Origin: Candidatus Aenigmatarchaeota archaeon
GTDB taxonomy: Archaea > Aenigmatarchaeota > Aenigmatarchaeia > QMZS01
Reading direction: 5' to 3'
DNA length: 49,270 nt
NCBI GenBank assembly: GCA_016932615.1
Contig: JAFGCN010000017.1
Location: 1-49,270 of the forward strand
Below, in pieces: positions 17,021 to 26,164 of the stretch; the stretch's first letter is position 1; the number at the start of each line of letters is the position of its first letter. Made by a program: the position numbers and the translations under genes. The notes beneath the pieces are model-generated. The model saw only the letters and a list, made by a program, of their open reading frames with translations, was not told the DNA's origin and did no database searches.

Positions 17021-17794
17021 TTAAATTCGGGAGTAAGCCCCCTGAACTGCTTTGCCGCTGCTGCTAACTCTGCCTTTCAGCTTCCATGCCCCTATGCCTA
17101 CTGCTCCAGCGCCAAGCACTGCTGCTATGGCCATCGGGTCGACAGAGCCGGAGTCGGTTGTCAGAAGGTCCTGCGCTTTTTCAATCGCTTGCTGTACGAT
17201 TCCCTGGTCTGATGTACTGCCTACTGCGGGTTCGGTTGCAACAGGGCTGGAAACATCCGCTAATGAGGGGGTGGTTAGTGCAGGATTGTAGCCTGAAGAT
17301 CCGGGAGTGTTGTCCCTGATAAGGCCAAGGTAGCTGGATTGTGTGGAGCTAAGCTCGCCTGCGTAGGATATAGCTCCTGCATCTTTTATTACCGCCTGTC
17401 CTAGCTCTGAGCCCGCTTCTGGCAAGTCCAGCCAAGAGGCATCTGGAATCTGCCCTGCATCATTAAGTGTTCTAAGGGCTTCTTCGGCAGTTTGGGTTTT
17501 GGTCGCATGCTCATAGAGCTTTGATGCTTCGCTTAGGTTGCCTTTGGTGGCATGCACATAGAAGTTCATGAGCAGGGAGTCACTACTCAGGTAGTCTGCC
17601 CCTTCAATTGGAGAGCCTGCACCGCTGGTAGCTGTGCTGGCTAGTCCGCTGGAATAAGCTGTGTCTGTTGTCATTGAAGAGCTGGCTCCTGTGCTGCTGT
17701 ATGTTGCGTTAACTGTTTCGCCAATGTTCGCAGTAATGGAATCAGGCGTAAGAGCATCTGATCCGCTTAAACTTTCGTGTAATCCTCGTCTCAT
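17021..17794 (-). CDS. Ser/Thr/Ala-rich low-complexity protein with a C-terminal hydrophobic anchor and basic tail
   Basis: S/T-rich tracts (ATYSSTGASSSMTTDTAYSSGLASTATSGAGS). The C-terminus MAIAAVLGAGAVGIGAWKLKGR resembles a C-terminal sorting/anchor signal. No N-terminal signal peptide is obvious from this start. Confidence 0.4.
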   Translation of the reverse strand: MRRGLHESLSGSDALTPDSITANIGETVNATYSSTGASSSMTTDTAYSSGLASTATSGAGSPIEGADYLSSDSLLMNFYVHATKGNLSEASKLYEHATKTQTAEEALRTLNDAGQIPDASWLDLPEAGSELGQAVIKDAGAISYAGELSSTQSSYLGLIRDNTPGSSGYNPALTTPSLADVSSPVATEPAVGSTSDQGIVQQAIEKAQDLLTTDSGSVDPMAIAAVLGAGAVGIGAWKLKGRVSSSGKAVQGAYSRI

Positions 17795-17842
17795 ATAATA
17801 GTATATTGCTTGAGAAGATATATAGTAGTTCCACTTTGGAGT

Positions 17843-18955
17843 TTACTCCAGAAGCCCTTTATTTTCCTCAATTATCTCCCTGAAGGCGTTTACTACTCTG
17901 TCGATTTCAGCGTCGGTCAGGAGGTAAGTTGAGAGTTTCATAGACTTTGTCCTTCCGGGCTTTATTCCGCCGATGCCCCGGTCTTTTAATGCCGAGTGGA
18001 GGAAAAAGCCCCTTTTCTTGTGCTTTTCGGAAATCCTGAAGAATGGATTTGTTTCAAAATTCAGAAGGTCGTGATTGTGCGGCTTTTCGCCGAGCTGAAC
18101 CATCCCAAGCTTTTCCATTTCCCTTGAAAACCTTCTTGCCTTTTCAATCTCCTCATCCCATCGTTTTATTCTCTCTTTAACAGCAGGAAAGGAGGCAATA
18201 AGTGTCATCAGCGTTGCGCCCCTTGAAGAGCAGCCAAGAATCTCTACTTCCTTGTTTTTGGCAAGCGCGCTTATACGAAACAGCTTTTCAGACCATTCCT
18301 TTGTGGTTCCCAGGACCCCGATGGGCCCGCTTGCAGCCATGGACTTGTGGCCTGAGCCAATTATGAAGTCAGCGCCTAATTCAGTCATGGATAGCGGCAT
18401 CCTTCCTACAGAGTACGCGCCGTTGATTGCAAAGGGCACTTTGAAGTCCGAGCAGATTTTTGCAAGCTTTGCGGCGTCAGGCAGGTTTCCATAAGACCCG
18501 TCAGGGTAAGTGAGGACAACAAGCGCGGGCTTTTCCTCCTGCAAGAACTTTACGTAATTTTCGACGTCGATTTTGTGTTCCGGGCTTCCCGAGGAGTCGA
18601 CCATTTTTACGTCAAGCCCCGAAAGCTCGGCTGAAACGAGCGTCGTGTAGTGGGCATTTCCGTCCACGAGCACGTATTCCCCGTTGTCTTTCAGGGTGTG
18701 CATAATGGCGAACATCGCTTCTCTTGCCCCGTTCGTTGTCCTTGCAACGTCGCAGCCCAAAAATTCCGGGAGGTCTTTGTAGATGAACTCCTGAATGTTT
18801 GGCTTTTGCACCATATCGAGCCGCCCGCCGCAGAAGTCGCATACCGAGTAGCCGTCCCCCCATTCGACCAGGGCCTGTTTTGCTTCAGGCGTCAGAATTC
18901 CTCCTCTCTGGATAGGGTTAAGGTTGATTTCAGGGCGTTCGCGTGCAAGGTCCAT
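17843..18955 (-). CDS. pscS: O-phosphoseryl-tRNA:Cys-tRNA synthase (SepCysS), PLP-dependent
   Basis: NLNPIQRGGILT near the N-terminus. CDFC at residues 39-42, Arg79 and His-Tyr at residues 102-103 correspond to the catalytic residues Cys39/Cys42, Arg79 and His103/Tyr104 described for Archaeoglobus SepCysS. GSGHKS provides the PLP-binding lysine. 370 aa. Confidence 0.7.
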   Translation of the reverse strand: MDLARERPEINLNPIQRGGILTPEAKQALVEWGDGYSVCDFCGGRLDMVQKPNIQEFIYKDLPEFLGCDVARTTNGAREAMFAIMHTLKDNGEYVLVDGNAHYTTLVSAELSGLDVKMVDSSGSPEHKIDVENYVKFLQEEKPALVVLTYPDGSYGNLPDAAKLAKICSDFKVPFAINGAYSVGRMPLSMTELGADFIIGSGHKSMAASGPIGVLGTTKEWSEKLFRISALAKNKEVEILGCSSRGATLMTLIASFPAVKERIKRWDEEIEKARRFSREMEKLGMVQLGEKPHNHDLLNFETNPFFRISEKHKKRGFFLHSALKDRGIGGIKPGRTKSMKLSTYLLTDAEIDRVVNAFREIIEENKGLLE

Positions 18956-18990
18956 AAAATTCTAAGGAAAGTATATTAGTAGCTGCCAGA

Positions 18991-19641
18991 TTAAAGCTTA
19001 AGGGTCTTTTTCAGTTCCGAACCTTTGATGGCTGAATCCTTGTCAGCGTATTCGTATTGTTTTCCCTGCACAGTTTCAAATTCCTCTTCGATGTTTTCCC
19101 ATGGGAAAAGGAAGGACAATGGAAATATTCCCTTTTCTTTGCATTCTTCTTCGCTAAGCGCCCTTGTCTCGTTCGTAAGGTTTCCATAGAAGCACTCTTC
19201 AACCCCGCTCATTTTCTGATAGGAATGGTCTGCGTGGTCTGCTGCATACAAGATCCTGCAGCCCGGAAAGGACTCCTTCAGGTCATTTATTGCAGTTTGG
19301 GCGGTGAGCCCGAAGCAGTGGTTTCCTTCAACAACGAGAAGGGTGGGTTTTTCCGGAAGTTCGGAAGTTTGAAGCCGCAATATTGCCCGGAGCTCCATAT
19401 TCCCCTCACTGAAAAAATACTTGTACTGGACCGGAAGAATCCTCAGGACCTTAAGCTTGTAGGCAAGGGTTGTTCCCGGAATTGCCCCCGCCCGAAGTAT
19501 CGGGACAACTGCATCTACCTTCAGGTTGCTTCTGAGGACATAATCTGATACTTTATCTGCCAGGATTTCCAGGGTTTTGCCATACTCCTGCCAGCTTAGC
19601 TGCCTGAAGTCCTCTTTTTTGTAATTTGAAAGGTAGCCCAT
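18991..19641 (-). CDS. Type I phosphoribosyltransferase-domain protein
   Basis: LLVVEGNHCFGLTA resembles the PRPP-binding motif (hydrophobic x4, D/E, then small residues) of PRTases. 216 aa. Confidence 0.45.
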   Translation of the reverse strand: MGYLSNYKKEDFRQLSWQEYGKTLEILADKVSDYVLRSNLKVDAVVPILRAGAIPGTTLAYKLKVLRILPVQYKYFFSEGNMELRAILRLQTSELPEKPTLLVVEGNHCFGLTAQTAINDLKESFPGCRILYAADHADHSYQKMSGVEECFYGNLTNETRALSEEECKEKGIFPLSFLFPWENIEEEFETVQGKQYEYADKDSAIKGSELKKTLKL

Positions 19642-19696
19642 AATAATAGCTGATTTTGGCTATTTTAGGGTTTCAAATAGATTAAGTCCATTATTT

Positions 19697-21580
19697 ATGA
19701 GACTCCTCCTGATTCACTCGGACAAATTGGATTTCAAGGCGAATAAAAAGGCCTTAAAAGACGCTGAGGTGCCTAAGGAAACCGAGGGGCACTTCAAGGA
19801 CTGCCTGGTGGTTTTCTGGACTGCTGAAGACACAGACACCAACGCGGACAATATCGCGGAAAACGCCTTTAACGAGATAAAGTCAGTTGCAGGGCAGATA
19901 AACGAGAAAAACATCATTCTTTACCCTTACGTTCACCTCCTTTTTGGCGCCAAGCCCGCAGGAAAAGACCTGGCGCTTGAAATCGAGGGAAAGCTTGAGG
20001 AGAAGCTAAAAGCAGAGTTCGAGGTCCACAAGGCGCCGTTTGGTTATTACAAGAGCTTTGGAATCGAGTGCAAGGGACACCCTCTTTCGGAGCTTAGCCG
20101 GGTGATTGGAGGCGAGAAAAAGGAGATTGTCTCCGAAGCCCTGAAAAAGGAGGAAACGCTGAAATCAAAATTCTATGTTTTCGAGCCGGGCGGAAATGAG
20201 ACTGAAATCCGGATTGAGGACGGAAAGCTTATTGGCTTTAACTTTTCAAAATTCCCGAAGTTCGAAAAGCTCGTAAAGTATGAGCTTGCAAAGAACCGGG
20301 CAGTTGACGTCGAACCGCCCCACATAAAGCTGATGAAGAAGCTTGAATTGGCCGATTACGAGCCGGCCTCAGACCCTGGAAACATGAGGTATTACCCGAA
20401 AGGAAGGATGATAAAGGCGCTTCTTGAGGAATGGGTCACCAAAAATATGCTTGAGTACGGAGCGATGGAGGTCGAGACTCCTTTGATGTATGACTTAAAC
20501 CACCCGACGCTTAAGAAATACCTGAACCGCTTTCCCGCAAGGCAGTACCAGATTGACACTCCAAACAAGAAAGTGTTTTTGAGGTTTGCCGCGTGCTTTG
20601 GCCAGTTCTTGATGGCGCACGACGCAAACATCTCCTACAGGAATCTGCCTTTACGGCTGTATGAGCTTACAAGGTATAGCTTCCGGGTCGAGCAGAGGGG
20701 AGAGCTTGCGGGCCTCAGGCGTCTTCGGGCGTTTACGATGCCTGACTGCCACGCAATGTGCGCTGATATGGAAGAGTCAAAGGTGGAGATGATGAAGCGC
20801 TTTGACTTGGCTAAGAAAGTGCAGGAGGGAATCGGGCTTACAATTGAAAATGACTTCGAGTTTGCGCTTCGCCTGGTCAGAAAGTTCTATGACGAGAACA
20901 AGGAGTTTGTCCACAAGCTCATAGACAAGATGGGTAAGCCCGTTCTTGTGGAGATTTGGGAGGACCAGTTCTTCTACTTTGTGCTTAAGCACGAATGGAA
21001 CTTTGTCGATGCGCTTGACAAGGCGGCAACCCTTACGACCGACCAGTTCGATGTAGAAAACTCGAAGACGTACGACATAAACTACGTGAAAAGCGACGGC
21101 ACTGAGGAAAAGCCGGTAATTCTTCACCTGTCACCGAGCGGCGCAATTGAGAGGGTGCTTTACGCAGTCCTTGAAAAATGCGCCATGGAGCAGGCGAAAG
21201 GAAAAAACCCCATTTTGCCTTTGTGGCTTTCGCCCACACAGGTAAGAATCTGCCCGGTGTCCGACGAGTTTGTGGGGCCGGCGGTTGAATTTTCCGAGAA
21301 GCTCGAGAAAAACGGCATAAGATCTGACGTGGATGACAGGATGGAGTCGATTCCAAAGAAAGTGAGAAGCGCAGAAATCGACTGGGTTCCCCTGATAATT
21401 GTTTTCGGAGAGAAGGAGAAGTCCGGCGAGCTTGTGGTGCGCTTCAGGGAAACCGGAAAAACCGAGAAGATGTCGTTCGACGGGCTTGTCAAGTACATGA
21501 ATGAGAACACGAATGGGATGCCTTTCAGGCCGCTTCCCGTGCCAAAGCTTCTTACCAGGCAGGTCAAGTTTGTCGGATGA
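19697..21580 (+). CDS. thrS: Threonyl-tRNA synthetase, archaeal type with N-terminal editing domain
   Basis: The N-terminal MRLLLIHSD...VVFWTAEDTD editing domain is archaea-specific. Class II motif 2, FRVEQRGELAGLRRLRAFTMPDCHAMC (Zn-binding C/H), and motif 3 GAIERVLYAVLE are present, followed by an anticodon-binding C-terminus. Confidence 0.9.
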   Translation: MRLLLIHSDKLDFKANKKALKDAEVPKETEGHFKDCLVVFWTAEDTDTNADNIAENAFNEIKSVAGQINEKNIILYPYVHLLFGAKPAGKDLALEIEGKLEEKLKAEFEVHKAPFGYYKSFGIECKGHPLSELSRVIGGEKKEIVSEALKKEETLKSKFYVFEPGGNETEIRIEDGKLIGFNFSKFPKFEKLVKYELAKNRAVDVEPPHIKLMKKLELADYEPASDPGNMRYYPKGRMIKALLEEWVTKNMLEYGAMEVETPLMYDLNHPTLKKYLNRFPARQYQIDTPNKKVFLRFAACFGQFLMAHDANISYRNLPLRLYELTRYSFRVEQRGELAGLRRLRAFTMPDCHAMCADMEESKVEMMKRFDLAKKVQEGIGLTIENDFEFALRLVRKFYDENKEFVHKLIDKMGKPVLVEIWEDQFFYFVLKHEWNFVDALDKAATLTTDQFDVENSKTYDINYVKSDGTEEKPVILHLSPSGAIERVLYAVLEKCAMEQAKGKNPILPLWLSPTQVRICPVSDEFVGPAVEFSEKLEKNGIRSDVDDRMESIPKKVRSAEIDWVPLIIVFGEKEKSGELVVRFRETGKTEKMSFDGLVKYMNENTNGMPFRPLPVPKLLTRQVKFVG

Positions 21581-22191
21581 TTATGCCTTATCTGGAGAGC
21601 ATTCTCTTGGGGGTTTCTCTAGCTGCAATTCCCGGCCCGGTATTTTTTGAGGTAATGCGGAGAACTTTAGCCCGGGGCTTTGGGAAGACATCCCTGCTGA
21701 TTCTTGGCGTCTTCTTGGCTGATTTTTTGCTTCTGGTCTTGACCTTTTATGGCCTAAGCCAGTTTCTTGCAATTGGCTGGCTAAGTGTAGCAATGTATCT
21801 AGCAGGAGGGCTTCTCCTCATATTCATAGGGGTTAGCTCGATGCGAATAAGTGAAAAAGAAATCAAACAGGCGTCGAAGAAGAAAGCTTCGGAAACCAAC
21901 TCTGCCTTTATGGGTTTTGGCCTTGCTTTTACAAGCCCACTGTCGATTGCCGTTTGGATTTCCCTGGGTGGATCCTACCTTGCCCAGTACGCAGTGCGCT
22001 CAGTTGCGCTTACCCATATGCTTATGCTTGCCTTTGGAGTCATGGTTTTCTTTTTTGGCCTTGCTTTTGCGGTTCACACGTTCAGGGGCAAGATTGAGTC
22101 CAAATACATTTTGGCAACTTCAAAACTGTTTGGCCTGGTTCTGATATGCTATGGGGTTTATGCTTTGTCCGGCTTGGCAAATTTTGCCTGA
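21577..22191 (+). CDS. LysE/RhtB-family amino-acid exporter
   Basis: Six TM helices. AIPGPVFFEVM is the LysE-type PGP motif. 204 aa. Overlaps the thrS stop by 4 nt. Confidence 0.65.
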   Translation: MIMPYLESILLGVSLAAIPGPVFFEVMRRTLARGFGKTSLLILGVFLADFLLLVLTFYGLSQFLAIGWLSVAMYLAGGLLLIFIGVSSMRISEKEIKQASKKKASETNSAFMGFGLAFTSPLSIAVWISLGGSYLAQYAVRSVALTHMLMLAFGVMVFFFGLAFAVHTFRGKIESKYILATSKLFGLVLICYGVYALSGLANFA

Positions 22192-22265
22192 CTGCAGGCA
22201 TTTTATTTTTTGGCAGAGCTTCTTTTCAGCCCAAGTGCTGCAAAAAGCGCGAGAAGATAGCAGGA

Positions 22266-22667
22266 TTATCTTTTTTCTAAAACCCGCTTGAGGTTTTGCA
22301 AAATGTCCTCTGTAAATGGGCATTCCAGTTCACCTTCGTTCATCCATTCAAAATAGGTCATTTCAGTTCTACGTTCATCCAATTCTTTGTAAGTGTACCT
22401 CACGTGATAATTTCCCTCCCGGTCGGATAGCGTGAATATTTTTCCTGGCTCGTATTCTATAACTTTGTAGAAATTCCACTTGCCTTCTTTTCCGCGATTT
22501 TTGTAGTTTGTGCCGATTTTGGGCGGGTAATCTTCGGCAACTTCTTCCTGAATGGAAGGAATCCAGAGGTGCGTGTTGCACGGGTCTGTCGTAAAATCGA
22601 AAACTTCTTCAATTGGTTTATCAATCCTGACTGTGATGCTGTTTTCTTTCATGCTTAATAATGCCAA
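22266..22667 (-). CDS. SRPBCC (START/Bet v1/polyketide cyclase-like) domain protein
   Basis: About 130 aa with ITVRIDKPIEEVFDFTTDP...W.P and a C-terminal helix, typical of the SRPBCC ligand-binding fold. Visibly lower GC than neighbouring genes. Confidence 0.45.
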   Translation of the reverse strand: MALLSMKENSITVRIDKPIEEVFDFTTDPCNTHLWIPSIQEEVAEDYPPKIGTNYKNRGKEGKWNFYKVIEYEPGKIFTLSDREGNYHVRYTYKELDERRTEMTYFEWMNEGELECPFTEDILQNLKRVLEKR

Positions 22668-22696
22668 TATTCTCTAATAGGGCGGCTACTGATGAT

Positions 22697-24664
22697 TCAT
22701 ACTTCTTTAATCCCAAGTTCCCTTAGGTACTTGAATGTTTTGTCATAGAACTCTGGAAGTCTGGTGGCGTCATTAAGGTCTCCTTCAGGTATAAATATCA
22801 CTAGGCCTTGTCTTGCCCGCGTGAGCAGTACTCGATAAGTATTTTTTAGATAATTTTGGTTTTCCTTTTCTCTCATAGTTTGCCAACCTTTTCCTCTGAA
22901 AAGTTTATAGGCCCAACCCCCATCTTCAAATCTGAGGTCAGCGTCCCATGCGACACACACCCAATCAAGCTCTAGACCTTGTATGTCAAATTCTGTAGCC
23001 ACATCTTCAAGATAGAATGATGATCTAACATCTTCTTTAGGATTTAAGAACCAATTTTTGGCATTAATCTTTACCTGGACGCATAACCCATAGGGTTTTA
23101 GTCTATATGCTCCAGAGCTAGCGACGAGACCTATTCTTTCTGAACCTCTTGCTTTTTGTTTCAGCCAGACTTTTGCTTTATTGATGTCCCTCGTAACCAC
23201 AATTGGGTATTTACCCTCTAACTGAGGGACTATATCTATTGCAGATTCTTTATCGCAGTCTAAAAGCGATTTGATGAACTTGGATACATTTTCACTTCTG
23301 AATGAGCGAATATCTGTGCTTAGGTGTAAATCCTCAATAGAATGATATATTAATTCACCAAGTAGCTCTTGGAGGTTAGCCCCTTGAGTATATTCTACTT
23401 CAGATATCTCTGTTGAAAGATAGATTTGCCAATGGGCGAACTTTTTTCTCAATGCTGTGAACCATTCAGGCAAACCGGCCTCCCCCGTATTTATCTCTTG
23501 ACCTCCACCAATCAAGCATATAATAACTGCCCAGTCTTTGTGGCGATCCATTATGCTGATTAGAAACTCTGGTTCAGACATGTCAAAATTTAGGACTCCT
23601 TTTTTCTTCTGCATAAATGCCGAGGTTTGTTTGTGGGTCCATGCTCTTTGGGCTTCATCGAAGATTACAACCTTCTCAAGGGGAGGGGTCTTAACACTTA
23701 AGGCATCATCTCTAAAGTGATGAATATTTTGAATGAATGCTTTGGATTTCTTTAAAGCTTTTGTCTTTGTAACTTTCTCTTGGGAAGTTTTAACCTCGTT
23801 TCTAGCTAACGCCTCTTGTAATACGTCTACTAGGGGGCCATTTCCGGATAAAAAGACCGCATGCTCTTCTTCAATGAATTTGTGCCTTTCATTTGCTAGA
23901 TTCAATCCAGCAAGAGTTTTTCCTGCCCCCGGAACTCCAGTAATAAAACAAATCGCTTTAATTTTTTCTTGTTTTGCTTTATCAATTATTTGATTTATGG
24001 CTTCTGCAGTTCTGCTTAGATTAATCTTTCCAGAATCCGAACGGGATATTTCTTCAACACTATGCCCCTGGTATAAGGCCTGTGCGGCTTCGATAATTGT
24101 GGGTGTTGGCATATATACTGAATTTTCCCAGTCGTAAGGGTTAATTTCTCTTTCCTTGTGTTTGGTAAGGACCTCAGCTATGGTTTTGGAGAGATTTGAG
24201 GAGTTACAATAGAGGGGTTGAAAGATGCCATCTTCATATACCTTCAACTCAGCGTGTTTCTCAGGAGCATTAGTTGCTACTAGAATGGGCACTAATTTAA
24301 TATTATGGCTCCCTTCTTGAAAATTTTTTAGGTCTACAGCATAGTCCACCACTTGATCTATTGCACTTTTTGGATAATCTGAACTGCCTACCTTGAATTC
24401 TAGAACAAAAACCATTCCCGATACAATGAGTATTACGTCTACCCTGCGACCCATTCTTGGGATTGAATACTCGAAAAGAATATGGCCTTTTTCGAAGTTC
24501 GCCAGTTGTTCTTTAAGTAGGATTATTTCCTGCAACCAAGCGTTTCTTTGTTGCTCTTCTAATCTAAATTCATGATTTTCAGTTAAGTTTCCTAAAATTG
24601 TCTGAGAATCATCTGTTAAGAATTCACTCAAGGGTCTTGAATAGTAAGAGCGTTTCATAATCAT
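22697..24664 (-). CDS. DUF2075-type nuclease-ATPase (N-terminal PD-(D/E)xK/NERD-like domain fused to an SF1-like P-loop NTPase); defence-associated family
   Basis: The N-terminal GRRVDVILIVSGMVFVLEFK gives a D...E-x-K nuclease motif. Walker A FITGVPGAGKT, Walker B VVIFDEAQRAW and C-terminal VLLTRARQGLVIF (SF1 motif VI-like). Markedly AT-richer than the flanking genes. Confidence 0.75.
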   Translation of the reverse strand: MIMKRSYYSRPLSEFLTDDSQTILGNLTENHEFRLEEQQRNAWLQEIILLKEQLANFEKGHILFEYSIPRMGRRVDVILIVSGMVFVLEFKVGSSDYPKSAIDQVVDYAVDLKNFQEGSHNIKLVPILVATNAPEKHAELKVYEDGIFQPLYCNSSNLSKTIAEVLTKHKEREINPYDWENSVYMPTPTIIEAAQALYQGHSVEEISRSDSGKINLSRTAEAINQIIDKAKQEKIKAICFITGVPGAGKTLAGLNLANERHKFIEEEHAVFLSGNGPLVDVLQEALARNEVKTSQEKVTKTKALKKSKAFIQNIHHFRDDALSVKTPPLEKVVIFDEAQRAWTHKQTSAFMQKKKGVLNFDMSEPEFLISIMDRHKDWAVIICLIGGGQEINTGEAGLPEWFTALRKKFAHWQIYLSTEISEVEYTQGANLQELLGELIYHSIEDLHLSTDIRSFRSENVSKFIKSLLDCDKESAIDIVPQLEGKYPIVVTRDINKAKVWLKQKARGSERIGLVASSGAYRLKPYGLCVQVKINAKNWFLNPKEDVRSSFYLEDVATEFDIQGLELDWVCVAWDADLRFEDGGWAYKLFRGKGWQTMREKENQNYLKNTYRVLLTRARQGLVIFIPEGDLNDATRLPEFYDKTFKYLRELGIKEV

Positions 24665-24739
24665 AGTTTAAGATAAATGCACTCAGGCACATACTAAGAG
24701 ATATGCTTCCTATAAATACCTCCTCTCCCAATACTAATA

Positions 24740-25486
24740 ATGGTGTGGGAATACGTCTTGGTTGTAATTCTTCTTGCTATTATTGCTTCAGGCCTGCGGC
24801 TTCTTTACCAGTACGAGAGGGGAGTCGTTTTCACGCTTGGAAGGTACAGCCACGTAAAGGACCCTGGGCTTGTCTGGATAGTTCCGGTCTTCCAGACGAT
24901 GAGAAAGATGGACATACGGATAAAGACGTCAGACATTCCGCGCCAGGAAGTCATAACCAAAGATAACATTCCAATTCTTGCAAACACTGTCGTTTACTTC
25001 AAGGTCGAAAAGCCAGCTGATGCAGTCATTAAGATTGAGGACTTCGAGTACGCAGTCCGGCAGTACACCCAGGCGGCCTTAAGGGACGTAGTCGGAAACA
25101 GCGAGCTTGATTTTGTCCTGACGGAAAGGGAAAAGATCGCCTCAAGCATCAAGAAGATTGTCGACAGCGAGACTTCCGGCTGGGGGGTCGACATAGAATC
25201 GATCAAGATTCAGGAGATAGAGCTTCCGGCAGAGATGAAGCGCGCGATGGCAAAGCAGGCAGAGGCCGAGAGGGAAAGGCGCGCGGTAATAATAGCCGCA
25301 GAGGGCGAACTGAAGGCATCCGAGAACCTCAGGAAGGCATCCGAAAACCTGTCCAAAAGCCCGGCGGCAATTCACTTGAGAACTCTTCAGACGATAAGGG
25401 ACATCGCCTCAGACCCTTCGGAAAAAATCGTCCTCTTCCTTCCTTCGGACGCAGGCGACGTGTTTAAACGGGCTTTCAAAAAATAA
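24740..25486 (+). CDS. SPFH/band-7 (stomatin/prohibitin) family membrane protein
   Basis: N-terminal TM followed by YERGVVFTLGRY...IPRQEVITKDNIPILANTVVYFKV and a C-terminal coiled coil with AEAERER, typical of the stomatin-like fold. A TATA-like cctataaatacc lies about 27 nt upstream. Confidence 0.85.
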   Translation: MVWEYVLVVILLAIIASGLRLLYQYERGVVFTLGRYSHVKDPGLVWIVPVFQTMRKMDIRIKTSDIPRQEVITKDNIPILANTVVYFKVEKPADAVIKIEDFEYAVRQYTQAALRDVVGNSELDFVLTEREKIASSIKKIVDSETSGWGVDIESIKIQEIELPAEMKRAMAKQAEAERERRAVIIAAEGELKASENLRKASENLSKSPAAIHLRTLQTIRDIASDPSEKIVLFLPSDAGDVFKRAFKK

Positions 25487-25498
25487 GGTGGCGTAAAA

Positions 25499-26164
25499 AT
25501 GCTTGAAAAAAAGATAAGGTATCTTCAGATTGCGTTTAACGGCGGGCTTTCTTCTGTCGAGGAAATACTTCCGCAGATTCCTGCAAATGAGCGGATTCTT
25601 ATCGAGGCGGGAACTCCATTCATAAAGAAGGAGGGCTTTCGGGGGATAAGGAGAATTTCAGAGCTTTGGAAAGGCATGGTTGTTGCAGACCTCAAGACAA
25701 TGGACGGGGCAGTCGGTGAAGTTGAGCTTGCATATCGCGCCGGAGCGACTGCCGCAACGGTTCTTGGAAGCGCTTCAAAGGAAACGCTTGACCTGTTCAT
25801 AAAAAAGTGCAGCGAATTCCGGATGGTTTCGATGATTGACCTTATCGGGGTCGAAGAGCCGCTAAAAATTCTGTTGGGCTTGAAGGTGCCCCCGTCGGTT
25901 GTGGTGCTTCACAGGGGCCGCGACGAGGAGACGACAAGGGGAAAAGTGATTAAGTACAGGCATATAAACAAGATTAAAAGCAAGTTCGATGTCCTGATTT
26001 CTGCGGCGGGAGGAGTCGACCTCAAGGAGGCGAGCAGCGCGATTTTTAACGGGGCAAACATAGTCGTGGTAAACCTGGTAAGCGAGGACGACCCCTGGAC
26101 GGGGATAGGCCTGGTAGAAGACATACCGAAGGTGGCGGAGGAGTTTTTGGAGACAATAGACTAA
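25499..26164 (+). CDS. Orotidine-5'-phosphate decarboxylase superfamily protein, most similar to 3-hexulose-6-phosphate synthase / KGPDC
   Basis: LQIAFNGG...LIEAGTPFIKKEG...VVADLKTMDGA...AGATAATVLG matches the HPS/KGPDC signature (DhiEvGTPl...aDlKt.D.G). Confidence 0.55.
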   Translation: MLEKKIRYLQIAFNGGLSSVEEILPQIPANERILIEAGTPFIKKEGFRGIRRISELWKGMVVADLKTMDGAVGEVELAYRAGATAATVLGSASKETLDLFIKKCSEFRMVSMIDLIGVEEPLKILLGLKVPPSVVVLHRGRDEETTRGKVIKYRHINKIKSKFDVLISAAGGVDLKEASSAIFNGANIVVVNLVSEDDPWTGIGLVEDIPKVAEEFLETID

